Shown: piece after piece, positions 1-13,149 of the stretch
Layout of the letters: each line of letters starts with the position of its first letter
Position numbering within the stretch: position 1 is the stretch's first letter
Source of the DNA: Stegostoma tigrinum
Taxonomy: Eukaryota
Assembly: GCF_030684315.1 (NCBI RefSeq)
Contig: NC_081355.1
Span: 25,259,316-25,323,315 of the forward strand
Direction of reading: 5' to 3'
Length of the DNA stretch: 64,000 nucleotides
Translations under genes and position numbers: made by a program
Notes under the pieces: model-generated
Told to the model about the DNA's origin: nothing
The model's input: only the letters and a program-made list of their open reading frames with translations
The model's database searches: none

Positions 1-828
1 ATGCAGGGCTGGACAAAGAAGAGACAAATGGAATTCAACCCAGAAAAGTGTGAAGTGATTCATTTTGGAAGGTTGAATTTGAATGCAGAATACAGGGTTA
101 ATGGCAGGATTCTCGGCAGTGTGGAGGAATAGAGGGATCTTGGGGTTCATGTCCGTAGATCCCTCAAAGTTGCTACCCAAGTTGGTAGTGTTGTAAAGAA
201 GGCACATGGTGTGCTGGCTTTCATTGGCAGGGGAACTGAGTTTAAGAGCCGTGAGGTTATGCTGCAGCTCTATAAAATTCTGGTCAGACCATGCTTGGAA
301 TATTGTGTTCAGTTCTGGTCACCTCATTATAGGAAAGATGTGGAAGCTTTAGAGAGTGCAGAGGAAATTTACCAGGATGCTGCCTGGACTGGAGGGAGGG
401 TCTTTTGAGGAAAGGTTTAAGTGGCTAGGGTTTTTTTTTCAATGGAGTGAAGAAGAGTAAGAGGTGACTTGATAGAGGTTCATAACATGATGACAGGCAT
501 AGATAGAGTGGATAGTCAGATACTTTTGCCTAGGGCGGAAATGACTATTACAAGGGGACAGAATTTTAAGGTGATTGGAGAAAGGTATAGGGGAAATGTC
601 AGAGGTACGTTCTTCACACAAAGAGTGGTGAGCATGTGGAATGCGCTGAAGGCGGTGGTAGTGGAGTCAGACACTCTAGAGACTTTTAAGCGACTCTTGG
701 ATAGGCACATGAAGGATAGTAAAATGTATGGTATGCAGGGTAGATTGATCTTAGTAGGATAACAGGTCAGCACAACAACATTGGCTGAAAGGCCTGTACT
801 GTGCTGTAGTGTTCTATGTTCTATGTTC
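1..828 (+). mobile_element. CR1 LINE, 3' fragment (ORF2 C-terminus and 3' UTR)
   Basis: Translations LYKILVRPCLEYCVQFWSPHYRKD and FFTQRVVSMWNAL are typical of the CR1 ORF2 C-terminus. Ends in a (GTTCTAT)n tail at about 810-828; frameshifted. Confidence 0.9.
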
Positions 829-1510
829 AATGATATTACCATCACTGAATCCTCCAATATCAACATCTTGAGGGCTACCATTGATCAGAAACTCAACTGG
901 GCTCACCACATATACACAGTGACTACAAGATCAGGTCAGAGACGAGGAACATTGTGCTGAGTAACTCACCTTCTGACTTTCCAAAGACTGTCCACCATCC
1001 ACAAGGCACAAGTCTGCAGTGTGATGGAATACTCTCTACTTGCCCCCCAAAAAAACTCAAGAAGCTTGACAGCATCCAGGACAAAACAGTCCGTTTAATT
1101 GACTTTACACCCATGAGCATGTTCTCCCTTCACCACTGACGCTCGATATCAGCAGTTTATACCATCAACAAGATGCAGTGCAGAAATTCAGCAAATATCC
1201 TCAGATAGCAGCTTCCAAACCATGACCACCTCCATCTATAAGTACAAGGGCAGCAAATATATGAGAACACCACCACTTTCAAGTTCCCCTCCAAGCCACT
1301 TACATCCTGACTTGGAAATATATCACCATTCCTTTACTGCCACTGGGTCAAAATCCTGGAATTCCCTCCCTAATGGCATTGTGGGTCAATCCACAGTGGG
1401 TGGACTGCAGTGGTTCGAGAAGACAGCTCACTACCATCTTCTCAAGGGCAACTAGGGACAGGAAATAAATGCGGGCCAACTATGAATAAATAACAAATGA
1501 ATAAATAAAA
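829..1510 (+). mobile_element. CR1-clade LINE, second family, 3' fragment
   Basis: Homologous to 7060-7478 and 42640-43305 (KKLDSIQDK, GSKSWNSLPNGIVG). 3' end CAAGGGCAACTAGGG...AATAAA(TG) repeats. Confidence 0.75.
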
Positions 1511-1778
1511 ACAGTGATCCCGATTTTCCTACCAAAATAATTAATGGAGAACGCCATTAAATTGCGATGTGCTTATGCCCACAATAGGAAAATTATGCCA
1601 AAAAGAAAAACCTCCTGAGTTGAGAATCTCTACGAATTGCTGAATAAATTGTGCTGCATTTCCACTGTAAGGCTCCCTGATTTACGAATGTCTGACTTAT
1701 GAATACTTGTACTTACGAATGCAATCAGGTACAGTGGTGTAATTTTAAAGACCTGACATACAAACATTTCCTACACTG

Positions 1779-1852
1779 GAAATCTGAAAAAAAGAAATGC
1801 TGGAGAAACTCAGGAAACCTGGCAGCATCTGTGGAGAAACAAAGTTAACATT
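1779..1852 (-). repeat. Remnant of an older PLE terminal repeat
   Basis: GAAATGCTGGAGAAACTCAGG...GGCAGCATCTGTGGAGA resembles the arms at 12520-12680 and 18411-18510. Confidence 0.5.
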
Positions 1853-4059
1853 AGATCTGCTATGACTGTTTTTTTTTCAGACTGAAGTAACCTGAAAATA
1901 ATGTTTTCATGTTGTTGACACACGGGGAGAATAAGTGGCCGGAATGAACAGAGCCCCATTCTTACAACTCAACAAAGTGTCATTCTTCTATCCATTCATC
2001 AGAGAATGTCTTAACTAATCACAGCCAACTGTTTTTCCTTTACTTTAGTATTTCTCATGGATTATCCTGACAAGTGCAAGATGAGAAGTTTCTACAAAAT
2101 GACATTTTTCAGCAAATCTCTAGTTCAGTGCAGCCAAATGACCCAATGGCATTTATGTACCTCTACGGTTATTTACCCTCACCAGCTCAAAAAGAGAATA
2201 ATTTAAACGACTAGGTTTTATTCCAACAGCAGAAAATTTGTTAAAGTCTTTTTTGAACTTGATTATTTTTATTATGTCGCTTTTGTTTTTCTTTCTCAAT
2301 TTAATTTCCCATTCCATTCCAATTTTTTCCTGTTTGAAGTATCTTTAATTCAGCTTCTCATTATTCATGTTCTTATTCTTCAATCATCAAAATCACATTG
2401 GTTAAGCAGATAGACAATTGGCCCTATTTTTAACCAAGGTCTCACGTGTGCCATTGTCCTTTTCACTCCATTTTTAGTTCAAAACACCAGCAATTACAAG
2501 ACAACAGATTTAAAATCTGAAGATTAAGGAAAAAAAAATCTAACAGTTGCAGAACGAGATGTCCCAACCCTACAAGATCTGGACTTTTTGTGCCTCTATT
2601 GTCATGAATTTAGTAACCAATGCCCCTCAGCATTTTTATTTCAATAAATTGCAGATTTTCTACCTATAATTTTCTTTTGCTCATAAGCCACTGTGGGGCT
2701 CACTGCTCCATTGAAATGCCAAATTTACTACACAACGACACAACCTGTGTTACAAAGTTCTCTCAAATCCAGTCTAGGTACCTCAGGCCTTATTCTTGAC
2801 AGATCATATCATCCAACCAATATCATCCCAAACAAAAGATGATGGCAAATTAAAAAGCAAAATGATACAGAGAAGTAAATGTTACAAGTTAGCACAGGTC
2901 ATCAACCAACAGGTCCCAGTTCAGAATTCAAAGTCTATGTGCCAGATTTGTGGTTCAAACAAGTTCCCCAATTATTTTAACTGAGGTCCCCAAATTCCCA
3001 TAAACAATTCTATTGCATGAATCTTATGTGCCGGGGGGAGTTCACAGTTCCAAAGCATACAAGTTTAGAAAGAGAAATTAGACTTATTTTTGTTTATTAA
3101 TTAAGAAATGCAAATTGGGGCCACAGACATATGGTCATTTATCTGATTAGTAGTGACTTCACGCAAGGGTCAAAGAGAGTAACATAGACTTAAAAAATAA
3201 TAATGGTGCAGGTATTGTGAACAAGTTTGGGAACCCTATTGCCGAACCTGATCAGATTAATAAGTATTCACATAATTAAAGGTGTGTTCTGTGCTGGAGA
3301 GTCAAGGACTGGCCTCCGGTTACAAACATAATCAGAAATCCACTAATCCAGCAGCAAAGAAATTCTGCAGAAACAATCTTTCCCTCTTTTTTAGTCATCA
3401 ATGTGCCATGTTCTTATGATTTAAATGTCCAGCGGAGCTGGCAGGCCCTACAATTGGAGCTGTCAAAGTTAACGTGTGGGCTTCAGATGGACGAGGAAGG
3501 ATACTGTGCCAGCTGGATAAGGTCAGATAATCTCCAGGTAGCTGGAGTGCTGGGTGGGTAGATTGCTAGGCAATTGAAAAAGTGACTGAGGCAGGTCACG
3601 GGGTGGAGGATTGCTGGGTCCGAAAAATGGGAGGGGGTTGTCAGTTCTGGACACCACCAGCCTAGTTGGCAGGTCACAGGGGTTGTCAGATTAGGAGTTT
3701 ACGTCAAGACCAGCAGGGTTGGGTCAAGAATTGGTTGTCAGTAGTCTGGGGAATATGTGCAGGTAGCTAGGCAGAAAGGACAATACAGTCTTCGGGGGCA
3801 GACACTTTATGTAGAAAATAGCTGCTGGTTCGAGCAGATCATATGATATCAGGTCTTGAGGGGATCTGGCCAGAGGATGACCATAAAGTTTCTGGGGGGG
3901 AGGTAAGGTGATGTAAGAGGTCAGTTTTAAACTCATGGAGTTAGACGTTTAGGGAATTGTGCATAATTCCACGTTCACCTTTAATGCATGCTGCTCCAAC
4001 TACTAGCTCACTGGCCATTAGAGTACCTGGACCATTCTGTTAATAGGGAGACAATCAGG

Positions 4060-4270
4060 CTTCAGTGCTCATTGAAGTCAGGACACATGCCCTGCTTTGT
4101 AATAGTGGCTGGAGATCTCTTATATCTACTTGACAGACAGGGTTTTGGCTTCTTGTAGCATCTTATAAGACTGCTCGGGAGTGTCAGCTTGGATCACATG
4201 CTGGAATTTGTATTTCAAATCATGAACCCACCAATATGTGATTCAAATAAGAATGCTAGCAAGTGAACCA
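4060..4270 (-). mobile_element. Degenerate DeuSINE (SacSINE1/AmnSINE1-like) fragment
   Basis: Recalled similarity to the Deu-domain SINE 5' half (GGAGTGTCAGC...CATGAACCCAC...GAATGCTA); heavily decayed. Confidence 0.4.
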
Positions 4271-5854
4271 TACATGGCAGTTTTGGAAGATCTAACCCAA
4301 TACGTCTTCACAAACTGATTATTCAATTTAGTGCAACTGTTACATGCATTTGTTCAGAGTTTATTCATTTGAAAAGATTTGGCAAAAAATGTAGGATGCC
4401 TTATTGATTATATTCCAGCATTGGTTCTTAGTCTTACATTAAGTAAACCCATTAGAGGTCTTATATTTACAAAATATCTTCTTGGTCAACTTATCAGTCA
4501 ACTATTAAGATGTCACACTTTCTTAGAAAAGACATTATTTACTGCACTGGAGCCTCAAAAGAATTGAAGTGACCCAACAGCAATTAAATTCAACATCTCA
4601 CATCAGTTTACTTGATTAGAATTAAGCAGATAGGCAATTAGAAAATACATTACACACTACTTTTTCCAAAACATCCAGAGCATCTTTTAATTTACTGTAG
4701 ACAATGTTGCAGTTGGAATTCTGATAGAAAGCCAATAGAATGTATTGTTATCCATGTTCTCCCAAGCACAGTCAAAACAAAAACACAAAGTAAACAAGAG
4801 CAATCATTTTAACAGAGAAAGTTCCCCAAAATTGGTTAATAATTAATCCATCCAATAGGCAGAACACACAACATCTAATTATATTTGGTAACATCAACCA
4901 AAAGAAAATAAATGCCCGCATTCTGAATTCATATTATGAAATGGAACTGAAGTCTTAACTCAGCAACCTTCTCAACTTAAGACTACTATTTTGAAAGAAT
5001 AAAACTTGATCCCAGTCATAGAATATTATATTCTACACTATTAAACTGTGCATTAGAATACTGGGAGAAGTCATGATGTTACTTCTACCTAAAATGCTTA
5101 CATTTCAAGCAAAACTTGGAATGTGTTGATATAACCACACCTAAATCATTGAAACACTCAATTTAATGTGTTTGTGCAGCTTTATAATAGGCCCTAGCCC
5201 TTCCAGATGATAGGGTAAAAGAAGGGGAACACTGCTGAGGTAGGACATAAAATTCCTTGAAATAAACGTGCTCCTGGAATTTAACCAAGCACTCAGTCGC
5301 TTGTGCCTCAGTAACAACTGTGATCCTTCCATGACAGAGAAAAGCCTGCATGACTCTAACATCTTACATTCTTAAAGCTTTTCTGCATTAATCAACATTG
5401 TTTTCGTGTTATCACTTCAAGGTACAGAGTTCTGGAACTTTTCCTATAAGTCAAAAGGTTGTCAACATAGCATGTTTTCTTTGGGTGACTTAAGTTTGTT
5501 TAGTCTCTAAGTTTAGTACGAACGCATCCGCGTAAAGTTTTATATTTCGAAATGAAAAGGTAGTATCACTAACATTGGCTAATTAGCTGACTGGCTCCTT
5601 GCCAAGTGTGATTGGTCAGTGTTATAGATTGGGGCAAAGTTACATGTGGAGGATCAAGCTGTTGGATTACATCACAGGTTCCGAAAAGGACCATAGAGAA
5701 GACATTGTACTGCCACTGTATACATTAAAAACTTTACTAGAATGTAGGATAGTTTCAGAGGACTTGAAGACATGTAATCTTACTGCTGTTTAATAATGTG
5801 AATATCCTGTACCACAAATTAGTGAACTATTTTTGCCAACATTACAGTGTCAGA

Positions 5855-6010
5855 GACATAGAGCATAGAAACAAACCCTTCTGACAGACACATCCATGCC
5901 AACCAGATATCCTGAATTTATCATCTAGTCCCATTTGCCAGCTTTTGGCCCACATCCCTCTAAATCCTTCCTATTCAGGTACCCGTCAAGATGCCTGTTC
6001 AACGTTGTAA
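5855..6010 (-). mobile_element. CR1 3' end fragment
   Basis: CATAGAG...CATCCATGCCAACCAGATATCCT...CTAGTCCCATTTGCCAGC; same family as 28550-28780. Confidence 0.7.
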
Positions 6011-6014
6011 TAAC

Positions 6015-7478
6015 TCACTGGGGGAGGAGGCTCCACAAATGACCCCATCCTCAATGTTGGAAGAGCCCAGCACATCAGTCCAAAAGTTGAGGATGAATCA
6101 TTCACAGCATTATTCAAGCAGAAGTGCCAAATGAATTATCCATCTCGGCCTCCTCCAGTGGTCCTCAGCATTACAGATACCAGTCTTCAGCCAATTCGAT
6201 TCACTCTACATGATATCAAGAAATGGTTGGAGACACTGGTTACTGCAAAGGCTCCAGACTCTGACAACATTCTGGCAATAGTACTGAAGATTTGTGCTCC
6301 AGAACTTGCCACTCCCTTAGCCAAGCTGTTCCAGTACAGTTACAACACTGGTATCTACCCAACAAAGTGGAAAGTTGCCCATGAATGTCCTGCACACAAA
6401 AAGCAGGCCAAATCCAACCTGATCAATTATTACCCCATCAGTCTACTCTCAATCATCAGTCAAGTGATGGAAGGTGTTCTCTACAGTGCAATCAAGCAGC
6501 ACCTGCTCAGAAATAACCTGCTCAGTGATGCACAATTTGTGTTCCGCCAGGGCCACTCAGCTCCTGATCTAATTACAGCCGTGGTTCAAACAAGGACAAA
6601 GAAGCTGAATTCCAGAGGGGAGGTGAATGTAATAGCCCTTGACTTCAAGGCTGCATTCCACCAAGTGTGGTGTCAAGGAGCCCCAGCAAAACTGAGCATC
6701 AGAGGCAAGCTCTCCAGTAGTTGGAGTCGTACCTGGCATGAAGGAAGATGGCTGAAGTTGCAGGAGGTCAGACATCTCAGCTCCAAGACATCTCTGCAGG
6801 AGTTCCTCAGGGTAGTGTCCTAGGCTCAACCATCTTCAGCTGCTTCATCAATGACCTTCCCTCTACCATAAGGTCATAGTGGGGATGTTTGTTGACGATT
6901 GCACAATGTTCAGCACCGTTCATGACTCCTCAGATACTGAAGCATTCCATGTTCAAATGCAATGAGATCTGGCCAACATCCAGGCTTGGGCTGTCAAGTG
7001 GCAAGTGGCATTCGTGCTACCCAAATGCCAGGCAATGACCATCACAAATAAGAGGCAATTTAACCATCACTATTCGATGGTATTACAATCCCCCAATTCG
7101 ACATCCTCGGGGTTATCACTGACCAAAAGTTCAACTGGACTCAGCATATAAACACAGTGGCTTTAACAGCAGGCCAGAAGTGAGGAATACTGCAGCGAGT
7201 AACTCACTTCTTGGCTCCTCAAAGCCTGTCTACCATTTACAAGGCACAAGTCAGGAGTGTGTTGGAATACTCCGCATTTGCCTGGATGATTGCAGCCCCA
7301 ACAACACTCAAGACGCTTGATACCATCCATGACAAGGCAGGCTGCTTGACTGGCACTACATCCACAAGTATCCTTTCACTTCAGTACTATCTACAAGATG
7401 CACTGCAGAAATTCACCAAAGATCCTCAGACAGCACCTTCCAAACCCACTACCACTTCCATCTAGAAAGACAAGGGCC
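6015..7478 (+). mobile_element. CR1-clade LINE ORF2 reverse transcriptase remnant (second family)
   Basis: ORF 6131-6823 contains NYYPISLLSIISQVME, QFVFRQGHS and ALDFKAAF. GVPQGSVLG and FVDD motifs follow after frameshifts and stops. Confidence 0.9.
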
Positions 7479-7479
7479 T

Positions 7480-8145
7480 ATACAGCTGTAACATCACATC
7501 CGAACTCCTTAATGCACTCACCAATATAGGCAAGCATACCATATGCCTCTTCACTACACTACCTGTGACTCCACCTTCGAGGAACAAGAACCTACACCCC
7601 CAGTGTGTCTTCATTTGGCAACACCCCCAAGGACCCTACCATTAAGTTTATAAGTCCTGCCTTGATCAGCCTTACCAAAATGCAACATCTCATACTCATC
7701 TAAATTAAACTCCATCTGCTACTCTTTGGCACATTAATCCATCTGATCAAGGTCCTGCTGTACTCTCAGGTAACCTTCTTCACTGTCCACTACACCAACA
7801 ATTTTGGTGCCATCCACAAACTTACTAAACATACCTCCTATATTTACATCCAAATCATTTATGGAAATGACAAAAAGCAGTAGACTCCAGCACCGATCCT
7901 TGCAGCACACTACTGATCACAGGCCTTCAGTCTGAAAATCAACCCTCCAACACCACCTTCTTTCTCATACCTTCAAGCCGATTTAGTATCCAAATGGCTA
8001 GCTCTCTCTGGATTTCAAGTGATCTAACCTAGCTAACCAGTCTACCATGCACAGCCTCAAACAGTTTGCTGAAGTCCATATAGACAATGTCCAACGTCCA
8101 CCATCTGCCTTCCATTTTCTGTCACTGCTTCAAAAAAACTCAATC
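7480..8145 (-). mobile_element. CR1 LINE RT fragment
   Basis: Reverse complement encodes YMDFSK, GSVL and VSKFVDGTKIVGVVDSEEG-like CR1 motifs. Confidence 0.8.
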
Positions 8146-8239
8146 AATTTATAGAAAAAAAAGGTAACAGAATCAAAGTAAAAGATAAGTGGGGAAGCAT
8201 TCGGAATTGAAAATGTAAAGCAAATACAAAGATTTCATA

Positions 8240-9330
8240 ACAAAAATTTATGCTTCACCAACCTTGTTGAAATCTTCAAAGTTTAACTGTAAACATGAAT
8301 AACACAGACAATTTGATACACTTGAATATCCAAAGTGCAAGATAAAAGTACCCGAATGAAAACCAATTACTGAGATCTGACCATGTGGCGTTAGAAAACA
8401 AGTAGCAGAAATAAATAGCTGGTGTCAAAGCAGAGCATTAGATTTAGTCATTCAGGCTAACACAAGGTGAAAAACGGTACTCAGCACATATCAATGTTGT
8501 GAACATTGCTGTTCATCACTAAAGTGATTCAAACTGGGGAATCTGAAGTGTAATTTCAAATGTGAAAATAACAATTTGGGGCTCAGGATAAAGCTGACCA
8601 TGAGGAAGACTGCAATAAAATAAATTAATAAGCTTGCATGCAAATGGAAAGTGAATTTCAATTTAGACAGAAGAAAGACAGCACACTATGGGAGGAGGAA
8701 TAATGAGACCATATATTCTATGAAAATCAAGTTCAAATGGGACAGAAGAGCAAAGAGATCTGGTGTGCACATTCACTTATTGAAAGTAGCAACACAAAAT
8801 AGAGCATTTTAAAAAACTGTAAACAAGTCATGGAAATTCATTTTCAACAAGACTGAATTGAAAGGAGAAATGTGGAATTTTGGTTTGAATATAAATGAAG
8901 AATTAGAATTAGGTTTACTTTCATGCGCACTCAAGTACAGAAATACAGTGAAAAGTTTACAATGCTGCCCCTCGTGGCGCCTTACCTCGGAACAAATCTT
9001 AGATACAAAATAGAGAAATGAAGAAGAAAAAAAGTTACATTACCTTACAGTGATTGTATAGGTTACATAAAGGATACAGTCAAACTACTGGGGGACAAAA
9101 AGACTTTACAAGGATGGTACAAGTAGAGAGGTCATTCCTGCCAGTAAAGGTGGAGTACAGTAGGATTCTTCCACTAAAAGAAAAGACTTAGATGATCTAA
9201 TAGATGTCTTTAAAGTTATTAAAAAGTTTGATAGGGTAAGCAAAGATGTTACCATTTTTGGTGCAGTCCAAAACTAAGTGCCATACATACAGGGAAGTCA
9301 AATAAGGTATTTAGGAGAAGCCTCTCTCCA
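8240..9330 (+). mobile_element. Highly decayed CR1 LINE
   Basis: Scattered collinear matches to CR1 ORF2 (CFTNLVEIF, KWKVNFNLD, DLIDVFKVIKKFDRV). Confidence 0.55.
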
Positions 9331-12300
9331 TACAAAGAACAAAGAACAATACAGAACAGGAAAATGCCCTTTGGCCAACTATTAATTAAAACTGGAATGA
9401 GCTACAACATGGAGAAATTACAGGAACTTTTAAGAAGGAAGTTTTAAAGAAGGGAAACAAAACAGAAATGCTGGTTGTGAAGTAAGATAGAAACAGGCTA
9501 TTGTACAGCATAAGTATGAGATTTGATAGGCCAATTAAGAAAAACAGCCCATTTCTGTGGTATAAATTCGGCATAATCCTACATATAGAACTTTCTTAGA
9601 CTTTTTTTTGTTTTACAGTATAGCTGCAGTATCTAGAACATTAATCTCTTGTTACTTAAATTCAACATCTTTGATTAGTTCCATGATGTCTAATCAGAAT
9701 GTTAACAGCATAGTTAAATGCAAAATTAAATCTAATGGATGATTTTAGTCTCGGAAACCTTTCACAAATCACTCTTCTGATTTGTCCCACTCATCTGTGA
9801 CTATAAAGTAAGTGTTTGAGAAAACCATTATACATATACACGCTCTCTCAGACAGAACTGTAATGGGAAGAGGAAGAACCAGTCTAAGGTTTCCCCCACC
9901 AACACCATGCAGTTTCTTCAAACTAACCAGACTCTTTCATTCCATTCCCAACCATTATGGAGCTAATCTACCTTCCAATCTCTTTCACTCAACCAGATTA
10001 AGGCTGACAAGGAACACAAGGTAGCAAGAGGATAGGGGCTCTATATTCCAAACTCACCATTGTGAAATGTATCCAAAATGTCACTCAGCAATGACATCAG
10101 ACAGGCAGGAACTTCTACGGTTAGCAATCACACAATGCATGATACACATTTCACTGATAACACATCAAAATCTATAGGCCATTGTGGTCAGCCTGAGTTA
10201 GGTTTTAAATTCCATTTTCTAAGGATTTCTTGGGAGCTGCAATGAATGACAGCCTTCATCCTACATATCTCAGGACTCCTGACCTCGCATTGCCTTTCTC
10301 TCTCAGCAATGACACCCTTAAGGAACACTTTTCACTCTCCCTGCCATTCTAACATTATCCTGAGAATTATCCAGCTTTTCAGCACAGATGTATTTACTGC
10401 TCATGCCCGCAAGCACTCCTCCCATGCCCCAACCACCGCCTCCCCGTAAAAAGAAAGCACATATGCTGGTTTCAGCCAAGGTAGTATCATCAGTTATTTA
10501 AAAAGGCCATGGGGGCTTAGACAAATTCTCCATGGCACATTTCCTTAGGCCTCTCCAGCACAGCAACACAAGCACACTACAACTGAAAATTGACCGCAAT
10601 GTAATGTGTTTAAAATCATATTTCACATTAGGAATATATTACAGGAAATTTTCATTTAATGGATGCAATGAAGAAACACACCCATGATGCTGCCCACAAG
10701 TAAAGGTGTGGTGGGGAGAAGGGATAAGGAGGGAGATGATCTTCTCCTAGTGGAGATAGCTTTAGACATTGTTCTGAAGGACCCAGGGTGAGAAGCAGAA
10801 GGTCTTTCAGGAGGGCATTTCAAGGAGTGCAATTTCAAGGCAGATTGTCTGTCATTGAAGGTAGAAAATTAAAATAAATTATATTCAGAGCAGCTTAAAA
10901 TTGATTAATGGAAAAATCTATCAGATACAAAAGTGGAGGGTGACAAGGATGGTGTAATACTACTGAGAAATCTGTAGGCAATGATTTTGAAATTAACATA
11001 TTGAAGAAAAGGAGAATCAGTTTTGAACTGAAAGAGTTAACTTTATGGGTGTGGACACGATGAAAGACAGGACATAAATGGCAGTATTATGGTTCAGTTG
11101 GATGTTATGGGGAGAGCGAAGCAAGATAGCAATTAAGAAACTGAGTCTAGAAGTACAAATGAAGTCTGGAGACTAAAGGAAGAGCATAAATTAACCCTGA
11201 TAAAGTCCAAAGTGTTAGGTGCTTTCTAATCAAATTGCTCAGATGTTATTACATACCACGGGTGCAGGTAGGTCTTGAACTGGTATCTCCTGGATGAGAG
11301 GTAGGGACACTACCACCACACCAGAACAGCACCAGGTTGAAGGAATTGGATATGAAAATCAGCTCCAGGTCAAAACTGCACACTGTTCTTCCCAATTTGC
11401 AACTGGAGGAACCTTTGACAATGAGCAGAAAATGAAGAGTTCAAGGAAGTAGAAACATAAAGCTTGCATGTCAGTTATCAGCATTCATATGGAAATCAAT
11501 CCAATGAGTATGTAACTTTGAAAACAAAACCAGGAATCACTGATGAAATATTAACAAAGTCGATGTGAACAGACAAGCCCAAATACCCACTGTGATAACG
11601 GTAAAACTGTGGTATCCCATAAATTGCTAAATTATTACATGACTTCTACTCAAACTATTAATGTGCTGCAGATTGAGAGTTAGATTAATTTGGACTGAAC
11701 AAGACCTGCAGACAGGATGTTTTACAATTAGTTATTATGAAGAGAGTTCAAGATTTCTACTGAAATTTTATTGCATAGATGAAACATGTAATAGAGTTTT
11801 CATGTTTAAAACAAATCTAACCTGCATTATGATTCATTGATGGAACATTTAACTTGCAAATAACAATCTGATCAGCAGACTCTAATTTTCAGCACTTCTG
11901 CCGAAGCTCAAAATACAGAGAGTGGCATCAAATTGGGTGGTGAGTGTAAGGAGGATACCACAAAACACACACTGCATCCAAGAGCATTGAATGGGAAGTT
12001 ATTCCTTTGACACCTATTTCCATGAGGATAGAAATAAAGCGAGTATTAATTCTCCATCTTCCATTTGGCAACTGAGTTCCGCTGATGGCTAAGCTATTTG
12101 GAGTGGTGAACCACATGAAAAGTAAAATTTATCTCCAGCCACAATGATGTTAATAATTAGTAAATCAGAGTTAGGCCATCTGATAGGGGCAGTATAAAAT
12201 GGCCTCTGCATCACTGTATTTGCGATTACAATTTTTTAAAAAATCAGCGAGGTTCCCACATCTTTCATGCCCACCTCCAGGTCAATTGCTTGCTGACAGC

Positions 12301-12484
12301 TATTTGTCCAGATTCACTTGTAATTAACAGACATTTGACTAAGATCCTCGAGGTTAACTAGGTCAATCATTTTCGGAATAGGAGAGAACAAAATCATTAA
12401 TCGGATTTGTACTGTTAGAAACATGGTGTATTAACTATTTAGATTGATAATTTACCATTAACCAATAGTAAACTGCAACTTAAA

Positions 12485-12682
12485 TAAAAACAAAACAAAA
12501 GAACTGTAAATACTGGACATCAGAAACAAAAACAGAAATTGCTGGGAGAAGTCTGCAGATCTGCCAATATCTGTGGACAGAAATCTGAAGAAGGGTCATT
12601 AGATCCGAAACGTTCATTTTAATTTCTGTCAACAAATACTGCCAGATCTGCCGACTTTTTTCCAGCAATTTCCGCGTTTGTT
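12485..12682. mobile_element. Older-family PLE-derived fold-back element
   Basis: Inverted arms (GAAATTGCTGG..GCAGATCTG..ATCTGTGGACAGAAAT vs ATTTCTGTCAACAAATACTGCCAGATCTG..CCAGCAATTTC) surround a hammerhead core. Degenerate flanking repeat TAAACTGCAAC / TAAATTACAAC. Confidence 0.65.
12583..12616 (+). ncRNA. Minimal hammerhead ribozyme motif, older family
   Basis: CTGAAGA-A-GGGTC-ATTA-GATCC-GAAA-CGTT: CUGANGA box, 5-bp stem II with one G-U pair, GAAA box, ACGU palindrome, GUU site. Confidence 0.6.
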
Positions 12683-13149
12683 TAAATTACAACCTGTTCT
12701 GTTTCTCGTCCAGCATGAAAACTTCAAATTGTGAAACGGGCATTTGCAACAGCAAACAATCACTGGTAAACTAAATTAATCACAACTTTCAGAATGTAAC
12801 CTTCTCTCACAGTGCGACCCCCCAAAAAAGAGGTTTGCAATGCTGAAATTATAGTGACAAGTGGATAAACAGCGCTTCAGGAAGAAACACTCATGGGTTT
12901 TGAACGACACTTCAGAAGCGCTGTTTAAGTACCGCTAGACCCCCTTCATTCTCTTGAAGCTGAATCTTGCTATTTGGTCCCCAGATGTAATCAGAGCATC
13001 AGCCTCGGCAAAGCATACGGAACACTTCCCTGTTAATCACCCACCACTTGATGCTGAGAGAAATGCCAACAGTGCATTCTATTCCCTGTTGCTTTATTGG
13101 GGTCAGGCTTAAGAGATTCCCTATCCTTATCCGATACAAAAAAAAAGCT

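Noticed and set aside
2060-2110. Possible third decayed hammerhead (CCTGACAAGTGCAAGATGAGAAGTTTC)
   Set aside because: Both core boxes are mutated and there is no second copy in the window to support it.
3480-3950. G-rich GGGTC/GTCAG-biased stretch
   Set aside because: No definable repeat unit or coding signal; probably the decayed interior of an old repeat.
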